Shown here piece after piece: positions 26,528 through 39,457 of a stretch of DNA of 64,000 bases (its first letter is position 1; the number at the start of each line of letters is the position of its first letter). Both the position numbers and the translations under genes were made by a program. The stretch is from NCBI RefSeq assembly GCF_006345805.1, contig NC_043000.1, positions 77,128,001-77,192,000 on the forward strand, written 5' to 3'. This DNA comes from Octopus sinensis (taxonomy: Eukaryota). The notes beneath the pieces were generated by a model. The model saw only the letters and a list, made by a program, of their open reading frames with translations, had not been told where the DNA came from and did not search any database.

Positions 26528-27826
26528 ATGCGTGTGTGTGTGTGTACGCATTATATATACAAATGTATACAAATCTCTATATATAAAACTGAAATGCGTT
26601 TCAACCGCTTGGATCGCTTTCAAGGCCACTACATTCCGTCGGATTCACTCCAAAATTTACAGGGACATGTAAAATGAGGTGACGATGCCCGTGGGCTACC
26701 TTAGAAATCCCTATCTTAAAAGGTGTCGTTGCTAGGGCCAAAAACCCACTTTGACAAGTCCACTCCCGTTCTTTATTTTTTCCTTTTTTCCTCACTCACT
26801 CACTCTATTTCCTACCTTCCCATCACTTTCACTTCGTCAAACGACGTTCTTTTATGTATCTGTCTGCATTCATAGAGAGAATTATCATCGCTACCACCAA
26901 AACACAATCATGACAACAAATATTATGAATCTCGCCATCGCATTCTATTGTCTGCCTGTCAACGCGCCGATGGAGCAAATACAAACAGAACACACCAACG
27001 AGCGTTCGTGTTCTGGTGATAACGCAGGTTTTTCGTATCTATTACATTTTAACATTTATTTAGAACCCTGCAAATTTTTCGTGCTAAATTTTCATTTTTT
27101 ACTACTTTATTATTTTTTCTTAAATTGATGCTTTTATTAAAATTAATTCTAATTGTCTGGGTCAACAGTTCGTTTCCTCGGAGGATATGGAAATTCCTAT
27201 TACCCGTCAGAGAAATAACTCCAGCATAAAATATTTAGAAAGATCAATCATAAATATCAGGCAGTGGCAACGGAAAGGTCTGCTTCAAGGCAGAAAGCAA
27301 AACACTAACATTTAAAAGGGACAGACGAACTTGCGAGCTGAATAAAAATAAAAAAATATTGGAAACCAAAGTATGAAAGGATAGAATCTGAGGATAGTAG
27401 AGTCACTATGGCTGGCATTTCTTAACGACGGACAGCAACGTAGTGGCAGTTTAACGGCTGGTGTAAAATTTTGAACTTGATGTAAAAGAAATTTCCTAAA
27501 CACCAAGTTTTGAAGTGATTTTTCTCACGACAGTCGACTCACCATGGCAAGCATTCAAAACTTCTTCATCATGGACGGCAACACATTGACGATTTAAAGG
27601 CTGGCGCAAATTTTTTAGCTTGATGTAACAGAGAATTCCTAAACACCTGCTCCTGTAAATTTTAATCCCTTCCAGCCCCATTTAGACCTCTTTTCACATT
27701 TTGGTTAATATAACCTGATTTCATTTAGGTCTACTCGGGTCACATTTTATAAGATGAGGAATTTTGTCCTTGAGGTCACGCCTTTCATTTGAGGAAAAAA
27801 ATAGTTACCATGCAAACTCGCCAGCA
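25826..27826 (+). repeat. about 600-bp direct duplication (25826-26425 and 27228-27826)
   Basis: Colinear copies offset by about 1.4 kb with scattered substitutions; a Helitron-like start tactagc...acccgc/gcgggt precedes copy 1 at 25595. Confidence 0.85.
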
Positions 27827-28111
27827 GCATTTATTAAAATAAAGGTATTCAGAACAAAGAATAACATGTAACAAAAACAATTTGCAAATATATTTACATT
27901 CCCATATAACAGTTAAGAGCATCACCATTATTGTATTACGCATACGCGGAAGTGTTTGTTCGACTAGGTTCTGCTGGCTTAATTACGCACGACTCAAGTT
28001 AGAGAAGGAGTGCATATTATATAGAAGGTTAAGATTTTTCAGAGGTATAGTCCCCTAAAAATCCCCTGCGTATTATACTCAAGGGCGGACTATACTCGAG
28101 GATTTACGGTA

Positions 28112-29570
28112 ATAAAAGAGGAATGAATATAAAAATACATTACGCAGGATATATCGTAAACAATTCAAAATTATTTACGAATATATCAGTGGCTAGAACA
28201 TGGAATCAAAAAATTTTTTCATAAAAGAATTGTTTATAATTGTGATTAAATCACAGTTATAACGGAGAGGGTTCTAAAAACCTTTACATGTCAAGAAATA
28301 CCAGTCAAAACCGCTATATAACCACTATAACCACTTCTTATAAGTGCAGTGCATGACGTTTAAGTTTAGAATTTGAATTGTGTAGATGGACGTTAACACA
28401 TTATTCTTGCCGGTCGGGACAAGGTATGTTTTTTTTTTGTGTGTGTTAATTTCTATGTACAAGAATATTTTCCCGACGAGAAGAATGGATTCACTTTTGG
28501 TTCCTAACTTCGAAATTGCAATAGAGGACTAACCTTTTATTTTTATTTAAATTTTGGTTGAGGAGATATGAGTGAATATAGTGACTTTATAGCGGTTTTG
28601 ACTGCTATTTCTAGGTATGTAAGGGATTTTATAACCCTCTCCGTGATAATTGTGATTTATTCACAATTATATAGCCTTCTTTCACGAAAACGGCACATAT
28701 CAACACAATTTCTAGTTAACTAAACACTTTAAAACTTCGTATACTGGTAGAATGTGTCAAAATAAAACATTTTTTTCTCTTGGCTTTCTTGAGAAAATTG
28801 TAATTTGTTTGTTTAACGTAGTTTAATTTTTCGAATTTTAACCAATGAATCGCCTCTAGTGAGCTAAAATCATTTGCTGCGTCTAAAACTGAGACGACAT
28901 CCTGTCACTAACCCTAACCCTCCCCTTCCCCTCACCCTAACCCTAAATTTTAGTCTTTCGTATTTTTTTTCTTAATTGTTAAATTAATTTAATTGTTACG
29001 CATGTGTCTAAAATTATTCGTTTTGTTTTTGTTTTGAGTTTTTGCTTTCGTTTTAGCCTTTCGTTATGTATACGTACGGAAAGCGTGTGTATAAAATTAT
29101 AGAATTATTTTGTTTGTTAATTGTTTAAATTATTTTCCATTGCTTTCGTTTTAGCCTTTCGTTTTTTTTTTCTCAATTGTTATCCTTAAATTAATTTAAC
29201 AATTAGGGTGAGGGTGAGGTTAGGGTTAGTGACAGGATGGTGTCTCAGTTTTAGACGCAGCAAATGATTTTGCTCAATTAGAGGCAATTGATTGGTTAAA
29301 ATTCGAAATATTAAACTACGTTAAACAAACGAATTACAATTTTCTCAAGAAAGCCAAGAGCAAAAAAATGTTTTATTTTGACACATTCTACCAGTATACG
29401 AAGTTTTAAAGTGTTTATTTAACTAGAAATTGTGTTGATATGTGCCGTTCAAAAGGAAAAGATCCCCAAGTTCTTGATTACATGTTCTGGTCACTGATAT
29501 ATTAGTAAATAATTTTGAAATGTTTATGATATATCCTGCGTAATATATTTTTACATTTATTCCTCTTATA
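28112..29570. mobile_element. long-TIR foldback element with a second element inserted in its right arm
   Basis: Left arm 28112-28330 is complementary to 28577-28690 plus 29466-29570. Confidence 0.75.
28688..29465. mobile_element. nested foldback element with about 250-bp TIRs, related to the 17111 MITE
   Basis: 28688-28935 is complementary to 29205-29465; the right end ...gccgttcaaaaggaaaagatcc matches the 17527 terminus; TTAGGG-like motifs inside both arms. Confidence 0.8.
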
Positions 29571-29686
29571 TGTGTACACACACACACACACACACACAAT
29601 TCAACTACAGTAGCAGTTGAATAATATTCTTAAGGTCGCAATTAACTGACACGCAGCATCTTTCAGAGCTTGTCGCTAATTGAGTA

Positions 29687-32097
29687 CCGTAATCCGGGGT
29701 GAATAGGGACAATTTTGAGGTTCAAATGCATGTCACTAAGCGACTGCAATAGCCTTTACTGATTAATTTAGTAGGATTTATGTCCCTACCGGTAACCTAC
29801 CGACGCGCATTGAAACTTTATCAAAATTCGTTGGCACACCCATTTAAAAAAAGAAAACACTGTCCCTATTCACCCTATCGATTGGAGGTGAATAGGGACA
29901 GTTATCTACAACACACTATTGGACCTATTCAACTAGCTGCAGGGTGAATACGGACAAAAAAAAAAAAAAAAAACTAGAGGTAAACAAAGTGATACGAAGT
30001 GAACAGATTATTGGCAGAATTAAAAGGATGTGCCGAATTTGGTGGCAGAAATATGAAGGATATATCTTCTCCTCACAGGCTTTTGTCGCCAATCAAAACT
30101 TTTTTCCTGCCAGTTTTTTCAGATAATGTAAGGCTATGGTTGTAAACCAGTCACTGAAACTTTGAAGATCAAACCAACCCGACTTCTGTTGTATCGGGTA
30201 CCTTTTGGCCCACCGAGTGTCCATGTGTCGTACTGGTTAACAGCCTTGTACACAATGTAAGGAGGGAGAAGAGTACCATCAGCCGCGGCGGCGTACATCA
30301 AAGAAGTAGATGCTTTAGAGGTGTTTGTAATACCTCGCTTGGTGATGACTTTTTTCCGCCCCGGGTCGTCCATTAGATTTGTTTCATCGTAGTTCACAAT
30401 ATTTGGTGCAGGTATACCATCTAAGCTCTCAGAGTTTATTGTAGGTCGAGAGACGGCGGCTCGTGCTCGTTTGATATTCTGGCATATTCGTTCTCTTAAA
30501 TGATTAATTTGGTGGGATTTATGTCCTACCGGTAACCTACCGACGCGCATTGAAACTTTATCAAAATTCGTTGGCACACCCATTTAAAAAAAGAAAACAC
30601 TGTCCCTATTCACCCTATCGATTGGAGGTGAATAGGGACAGTTATCTACAACACACTATTGGACCTATTCAACTAGCTGCAGGGTGAATACGGACAAAAA
30701 AAAAAAAAAAACTAGAGGTAAACAAAGTGATACGAAGTGAACAGATTATTGGCAGAATTAAAAGGATGTGCCGAATTTGGTGGCAGAAATATGAAGGATA
30801 TATCTTTCTCCTCACAGGCTTTTGTCGCCAATCAAAACTTTTTTCCTGCCAGTTTTTTCAGATAATGTAAGGCTATGGTTGTAAACCAGTCACTGAAACT
30901 TTGAAGATCAAACCAACCCGACTTCTGTTGTATCGGGTACCTTTTGGCCCACCGAGTGTCCATGTGTCGTACTGGTTAACAGCCTTGTACACAATGTAAG
31001 GAGGGAGAAGAGTACCATCAGCCGCGGCGGCGTACATCAAAGAAGTAGATGCTTTAGAGGTGTTTGTAATACCTCGCTTGGTGATGACTTTTTTCCGCCC
31101 CGGGTCGTCCATTAGATTTGTTTCATCGTAGTTCACAATATTTGGTGCAGGTATACCATCTAAGCTCTCAGAGTTTATTGTAGGTCGAGAGACGGCGGCT
31201 CGTGCTCGTTTGATATTCTGGCATATTCGTTCTCTTAAACTGATTAATTTGGTGGGATTTATGTCCCTACCGGTAACCTACCGATGTGCATTGAAACTTT
31301 ATCAAAATTCTTTGGCACACCCATTTTATGTCTCATGAAAAATGACCCAGCCCAATCTACACCAGGCATATTCCCTTTGAATCTTTTCACATCGACACCT
31401 CGACGATCCATGTATCCTTTAACGATCAGTCGCAAATCACAGGAGTCCATCGGATAGCCCCAAGAGGCGCACAGCACGAGCCTTTGTACAAGAATGTCCT
31501 CCTCATCTGAAGATAAAACAGTTTGTCCACCATGTTCCTTGATATTTTTCCCAACTTGATGTGCCAATGAAGAACACTCTTAGGAATTTTGAAGTCCTCT
31601 TCTGCTTTTCTGAGTATCATTCCGTTGACGATAGCTCTTTTGGCGGCCTCTAGCCGCCCAGGATCTATTTTGGCGTATTTTTTCTTCCCAGGAACTGGTT
31701 TGTACTGTCGTGGCATTGTGTCTCTATTCACCCCTACAAAACACCAAAATAGGAGTGAAAGAAGAAATAGGCGTTCCGGGAAATCAGACACATGCACTGT
31801 GTGTTTGGAAACCTGCTGCAAGAGACTGAGCGGGTTGGAGCACCCTCGCTGGTACAACCTCTCCTGCTAAAAGAAAGTTCCGACAACTTCATCTTTTCGT
31901 GACAAAAACGAAACTGGGAATTCTGGTTGGCATGGCTACCGGTAGGATGATAATATCAAAGTGATCTCATTGAATGAAAGGCATATATATGTACCTACAA
32001 AATAACTAGAAAGAAACGAGCACAATTTGAGTCATCTCACCTTTATTGTTATAAATATTTTCCCCCAGTTATTGTCCCTATTCACCCCGGATTACGG
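29687..32097 (-). mobile_element. pogo/Tigger-type DNA transposon with disrupted transposase and internal 740-bp duplication
   Basis: TIR ccgtaatccggggtgaatagggacaat at both ends, TA on the left; ATG at 31716 gives an HTH-like MPRQYK...LRKAEEDFKIPKSVL, a CENP-B-type HTH (LSSDEEDILV...DLR), and DDE motifs NYDETN, frameshifted SGWFD, KVLIGD, FLPPNS. Confidence 0.9.
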
Positions 32098-33835
32098 TTC
32101 TTAACCAAATTGAGAACTGTTAACATTTATGAAGAGGACTAGTCCCAGCTACATTTTGGCATAAAAAAATTTAAGATTTGATCCAGTAGAAAAAAGTTTA
32201 CATTAAAATTTGTAGCAACGTTATATGAGAGTAGGTAGCGCCACTAATCTAGTTTAGATCTAAATAAATTCTTTTATTTTAAAGGCAAAATATATTTATT
32301 TTAGCTTCAATGATAGAAGAAAGCATGAAGAATTTCATAGCTTTGTTCCATGCAACAAAAATTTGTATCAAAAAATTTGTGAGGTAAAATATCACGAAAA
32401 AAATATAAGGCAAAAGTTGGATTTAAGTATAATTTTTTTTTTAAAAAACAAACTATATGTTAATTAAGCTTAAATGATAGAGCTCAATTAGAGGAATTTC
32501 ATGGTATATATCAACACACACACATACAGCTTGTCGTGTGTAGATATATATACACACGACAAGCTGTGTGTGTGTGTAGATATATACACACGACAAGCTT
32601 CTTTCAGTTTCCGTCTACCAAATCCACTCACAAGGCTTTGGTCGCCCCGGGCTTATAGCTAAAAACATTTGCCCAAGGTGCTACGCTTATATCCGTACCC
32701 GTATGGATGGGAAGCAAACTTCTTACCACACAGCCACGCCTACATTCTCATGTGTTGAGTTCGAGACCTCATGATGAAATTCTTGCATACATTATTGCAT
32801 AATATAGCAATATTCATAAGATCGAATTTCAACGAAATTGAAATGTAAACTGATGTAATTAAAAGGACTTGCTCATTCCTTTCTCCATGTTTGTAAATAA
32901 GTGTATATATATGTGAGTATGTGTGAATTCGTATATGCACATATGTTTGTAAAAAAAATTGAGTGAATATTCATTATTCTAAAAATTGCACGATATAGCG
33001 AATTCAGCGTACATGTCCGAGGGATCAGCTAAACTTTCAAGCGATTTAAAATTACAAGGTTGAAGATATGGTAAAATCCACACAATTTGATATGGCTGCC
33101 TTCCAAGAGAGTCTCTATCTCCAACATCACTATACAAAATGTATTTAAAAATCTAGAAGCAGAAAAGTTTCGTTTCTAATACTATTGTATAGAAATAATT
33201 TGACAATGATAAATGTTTAACATTGGTGATATGTAAACTCATCATTGACTCAATAGCCAGTGATACAGATCACCGTAGTAAGATTCTATGTCGTGATAGA
33301 GCTACAGTTGGTAGCTCCATCCCGGTATTGGGGGCACTGTCTAATAGTTTAGTAAAGGCTTATGATAACCGACATGAAATACTTGATGTTTGCTTTCAAT
33401 CATTACAGCTACTGCTAGGGCTGGTTACCTCGACATTACTTTGATACCTCCATTATAAAAGACAACTATTTAGAGCTCCAAGAGAAAGATTTGATACCAA
33501 GCTTGAAAAAGGATAAAAAACTATTCCTGAGCAAGGTGTAAGTACCGCCGCACAAGGATTTCATTATGATAATTCTTTAATCTTTTATCGTTTACTTGTT
33601 TCAATCTTGAAGAGTTAGATATGTTACTTATTCTATCATTCCTCTTTGACGTACCGACTGTTAAGTTACGAGGATGGATGTAAACAAACCAACACCGGAT
33701 TCAGTCCCATTGTGTGACAGCATGAGCAGATGTCTTGATGTATATATATATATATATATATACACATATATATATATGATGGACTCTCCTGTCGATAGAC
33801 TACGCATGAGGGTTCGACAATTGCTTACCGAACTA

Positions 33836-33875
33836 ACACACTGATGATTTGTTTATAGTGATCAAATGTTTGTGT
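33836..33875 (+). ncRNA. decayed hammerhead-like motif
   Basis: ACACA-CUGAUGA-...-AAAUGUU-UGUGU: stem I and CUGAUGA intact, G12 missing, stem II eroded. Confidence 0.35.
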
Positions 33876-35343
33876 ACACATAAGCTCACTCCCCTCATCA
33901 AACACCGGTTCGATTTCCACTCATTTATTCATACTTCTTCTTCCGAAATTTCCGTTGTCTTTTGCCACCTTGTCAATGGATGTTGACTCTGTCCGTTATT
34001 GGAGCTGCGTTCTCTGTCTGTTTGTGAGCATGTGTGTGCGTCAGTGTGCATGCGTATGCACGTATGTATGTATGTATGTATGTATGTATGTATGTATGTA
34101 TGTATGTATGTATGTATGTATGCACGTATGTATGTATGTATGTATGTATGTATGTATGTATGTATGTATGTATGTATGTATGTATGTATGTATGTATGTA
34201 TGTATGTATGTATGCACGTATGTATGTATGTATGTATGTATGTATGTATTATGTATGTATGTATGTATGTATGTATGTATGCATGCATGTATGTGTGTGT
34301 ATGCATATATGTATGTATGCGTGTGTGTACGTAAATATGTATATATGTATTCTGTATATTAATGTGTTTGTGTGTGCATGCTTGTGCATTTGTATGTGTG
34401 TGTGTGTGCCTCTATCTCCTTGTGTATGTGCGTTTGAATGTGTTTATATGTACGGGTTTGAGTGACTATGTACGTTCGTCTGTTATGTACGGATGTGTGT
34501 CTCCATATGTGTATTTGTGTACGCGTGTGTGGAGTGTGTGTGTGTATATGGCTTCGTCTCCTTTTGTGTTTGTGCGTGTGTATGAACGGTGCTTGTCTGT
34601 CCGTATTATCTATATACCCATTTATTTACTTACCTATGTACCTATCTGTTTCCTTGCATATCCATTTACCTGCCTACCTACCTACCTACCTACCTACCTA
34701 CCTATATATATATGTGTGTGTGTGTCTGTGTGTGCCAGATAGAGCTTGCTTTTTATATTGTGTCCACGTATAAGCTCTTTATCTCGCTATACTTTTTACA
34801 TATATTTTAAAATATTTTTTCACATATTTTTTTACATATTTATAGACATATATTTTTATATTCTTATTGCTTTACACATTTCTTTCTGTATTCTACCTTT
34901 CACCCTGCATTTTACCTGTGCATGTGCGTATATAGACGTGTATATGAACTTTTTTGTGCGCGCATGTGTGTGTGCATGTGTGCGGGTATGTATATCTGTA
35001 CATGTATATGTACATGTGTATGGTTGCATATACACGTGGGTGTACATGCGAATGTTCTACGCGAGTGCGAGTGAGCATATAGCATGTGCGTACTTTTAGA
35101 CGTGTATTTGAATATAACTGTGCGCGTATGGGTATGTGCACGTGTATGTGCGCGCGTGTGTGGATACGTACACGTGTACATGCTTGGTTGCATATATATG
35201 TGCATCAATTGGCGTATGTATGGGTGCGCATGTGAGTGTTTCATGCGAGTGTGAGTGAGCATATGCATATAGGCATATGTACATGGGTGTGCGTGCGCGC
35301 ATATCTATGTATGTACATGCGCGCATACACGATCGCTTTGAGC

Positions 35344-35380
<37 letters not shown>

Positions 35381-35381
35381 A

Positions 35382-35416
<35 letters not shown>

Positions 35417-35677
35417 AGTGTGTGTGTTTTTGTACCTTTGTCCCCCATGACCACTTGACAACCGGTGTTGGTGTGTTCAGGTCCTCGTAAAGTTGCGGTT
35501 CGGCAAAAGAGAGGGACACAATAAATACTGGGTTTAAAAAATAAATCCTGATGTTGATTTGTACGACTAAAACCCTTCAAAGCGGTGTTTCTAACATGGC
35601 TGCAGTCAGATGACTGAAACAAGTATAAGGATAAAAGAATATATACTTATACATACATACATACATACATACATACA

Positions 35678-35713
<36 letters not shown>

Positions 35714-35716
35714 TAT

Positions 35717-36726
35717 TGTTGTGAATAGTTCAGGGACACTTCTATGACCTACTTTGCTTGGCTTGGAGACGGGAAGTCTGCAATGTAAAGTTATAGTCCT
35801 TTGTTCACGAAAGAGTGATGGCTTTTGGAAAGACCCCTCTCCTTTTGCCGGTCAAGGAAGGGTCAAAGAAACTATCTTATAAAAAGGAGCTGTGAGTCTG
35901 TAGATCAGTTCCAGCCGAGAGATTGTGGTAGTAACATGACAGACGGGATTACGAGGGAGGCGCAGAGAAAGACAGACACACAGTCATGAGAGATGACAGG
36001 CGAGAGTATGACGGTAGCGTGAGAGAGAGGGAGATACACGGAGGACTGAGAGCGAGAGAGAGGGCTTGGCAATTACGGTAGTAATCGTCTGAAATTGTTC
36101 CGGTAAAGTTTTGTTTGTGTCTTTTGGCTGTTGTTGACGGTATATGTTTAATTATGTTTTGATATGTGTTACTTATGTAAAAGTGCTAAAGAAAAAGAAA
36201 GAACAGTGCTAAAGGCTAAAGAAATGTTAAAGAATTGAACAATGTGAATTGAGTAAAGGACTTGTTGATGTGTCATAGAGAACAATGTGAATTGTATTGA
36301 TATGTGAAGAAAAAGAAGGAAAAAAGACAAGAAAAGAACTCTGAACTGTATCGTTAATGTGTACGTTAATTGAACATTGATTTGTAACGTGAATTATTTG
36401 TGACATGAACATTGTATAATGTATTGATTTGTTGTTTTCTTTAAATGCTGTTGTTATATTGCATCTGCATGCTGTTGATTCTGTTGCTTGTATTTACCTG
36501 ATGTATCACATTGTATTTGTTGTAAAAGTCATATAAACTAGTAGGTTAAACGTAGCCGATTGCCTCTGTGTCTCTTCCTGCTGCTGCTGTTGTTGTTGTT
36601 ATCTCTCTCCACTCTGAGATCCGTGGCGAACTTTCGCCGATCGATCGAGCCTGGTCAATCGTCGTCGCTCGACTTGTTAGGATCCCAGGTTCGAGTTCGG
36701 GCGACGGCAGGTGGGATTCCGTAACA
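35717..36726 (-). mobile_element. solo LTR, same family as 14576, inserted in (AT)n
   Basis: atat|TGTTGTG...CCGTAACA|atat; first about 200 bp and several internal blocks align with the other copy. Confidence 0.8.
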
Positions 36727-36730
36727 ATAT

Positions 36731-36796
<66 letters not shown>

Positions 36797-36819
36797 TTAT
36801 ATATATATATATGTGTATT

Positions 36820-36892
<73 letters not shown>

Positions 36893-37582
36893 TGGCTGCC
36901 CCCTCGTTATCGAGTATGGCCATTGCACGAAGCTTAATCAATGTTGTTATCGTGCAATGCCTGAGCAAGAAGATGTTTTTTAAAGTGAGGAAGAGCTGTG
37001 CACTGAGTCAATCTCACTCACTAAGCAATAGCAGCCATAATCCGAAAAGAAGAAAAAGTCAACATCATCGGTAACCACAGAGCCGCAGGTTTTATGTCGG
37101 AGTTATCCCAGTTACCTGAGTTACCTTCTCCTTGAAGGATGCCCTAACAAAGGCTAGGAGTCCTTCACTCCCAATAGTTTAACCGCGTGATCGGGTATTT
37201 AGTTTGATTATTTCTATGTCCCCGCGCATGAGACAGCCTTAAGACATTTATTGGATGGCCGTTGACTCTCAAGAGTTCCTCCGCTCTTTGACGGGTTTTG
37301 CTTTTCATCCCACAGGGTGTCCAATAAACACCCTCCTCACCAAGCAAGCTTGGTGGGGTTTCCGGTTTAGTTGCCGACAACCCGACCATGCAACAGGTTG
37401 TACTGGGTTACATGTTACCAGTAGCACTCCAAAATGACCTGACCTCAATATATACACTATACACATATATATATAAATACATATATATATACACATATAT
37501 ATATGCACACATATATATATACACATATTATAAATACATACATATATAAATACATACATACATATATGTATATATATATATT

Positions 37583-37670
<88 letters not shown>

Positions 37671-38609
37671 ACACACACACACAAATGCATGTATGTATGT
37701 ATGCATGTGTGTATAACAACATGTAAATATTAAGTTGGAAATAGTTGAAGGCTTCCTTTGATTTCTTCTATTCAAACGGGTTAGTTTTACCACCTAAAAT
37801 TTATGCGCCGTTGTTTATAGTGTTATGTGTGCTTCGATATCCACTGTTCCAAAGAAGAATTATTTCACGAAAGTTTATAGTATGTTTATGACGTCAACGT
37901 ACATGCAAGCATGCATACATACAAACATACATACACATACATACATACATACATACATACATACATACATACACCTCTCTCTCTCACACACACTCACACA
38001 TACACACACTCACACATACACACACACTCACACATACACACACACTCACACACTCGTTTACATGTATATATGTTGCTATACATAAGCAATTCTAAATTTC
38101 ACCAAATATATCAGTAAAGGGTGGATGTATGAAACAAATTGTTATACAATCATCTCATATGCCCACACCCAAAGTTAACATTAATATAACAAAAGACTTC
38201 AACTAAAATGCTGACGCACACTCTCTTTACTTACACTCTATTACTCCAGGCATTGGCACACACACACACACACACACATTATATAATATGTACATTGAAT
38301 TTTGCTTACGGACACACCTACATGTCTATAAAAGAAAGTATATTATACGAATATATCATATAGGTCAGCATATACATATATGTACATGTAAATATAATAA
38401 TAGTATAATATAACAGACACTCACATATGAGTACGTATGTGTGTGTGTGTTTGCTTCTGTGTGTGTGTGTTTGCCTCTGTGTGTGTGTGTTTGCCTCTGT
38501 GTGTGTGTGTGTGTGTGTATAGCGAGAAATTGAGGCAATAAGAGATAATGGTGTCATTGAGACCCAAAGGTGTCAGGTAATGCTAAATAAGTGCTATAGA
38601 CAGATCATA

Positions 38610-38661
38610 GTCCCCGATGAAGGGATATTATTAATCAATATCCTAGAAACAGCTGTAAGAC
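38610..38661 (+). ncRNA. hammerhead-like motif with U4C change
   Basis: GUCC-CCGAUGA-A-GGGAUAUU(7 nt)AAUAUCCU-A-GAAA-C(AGCU)G-UA-AGAC; palindromic ACAGCUGU stem III; one stem I mismatch. Confidence 0.55.
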
Positions 38662-38798
38662 CTTCTATCTATAAATGCTCTAATATCTATACAGCCTTGG
38701 TTTTTTTTTATCTCATTACACAAACAATTCATATATAAAAAAATAAAAAAAAAATCAGATGTATCTAATGTTATATATATATATATATATATATAATC

Positions 38799-38830
<32 letters not shown>

Positions 38831-38882
38831 GTACATATATATGTATATTGATATATGTATTCATATATATATGTATATTATG

Positions 38883-38959
<77 letters not shown>

Positions 38960-38965
38960 TATATA

Positions 38966-39129
38966 GGCGCAGGAGTGTCTGGTGGTAAGTAGCTTGCTTA
39001 CCAGCCACATGGTTCTGGGTTCAGTCCCACTGCGTGGCACCTTGGGCAACTGTCTTCTACTATAAGACTCGGGCTGACCAAAGCCTTGTGAGTGGATTTG
39101 GTAGACGGAAACTGAAAAAAAGCCCGTCG

Positions 39130-39171
<42 letters not shown>

Positions 39172-39180
39172 ATATATATA

Positions 39181-39218
<38 letters not shown>

Positions 39219-39410
39219 TGGTGTATGTTGTCCCCTAGCATTGCTTGACAACCAATGCTGGTGTGTTTATATCTCCGTTACTTAGTGGTTCGGCAAAAGA
39301 GACCGATAGAAGTACTGGGCTTACAAAAAGAATAAGTCCCGGGTCGAGTTGGTCGATTAAAGGCGGTGCTCCAACATAGCCGCATTCAAATGACTGAAAC
39401 AAGTAAAAGA
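38966..39410 (+). mobile_element. full-length SINE with internal (AT)n
   Basis: tRNA-like head, gaccaaagccttgtgagtggatttggtagacgg core, tgactgaaacaagtaaaag tail. Confidence 0.9.
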
Positions 39411-39411
39411 G

Positions 39412-39455
<44 letters not shown>

Positions 39456-39457
<2 letters not shown>

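Noticed and set aside
33223-33444. 73-codon ORF in normal-complexity sequence
   Set aside because: No recognisable motif or convincing splice sites; length compatible with chance.
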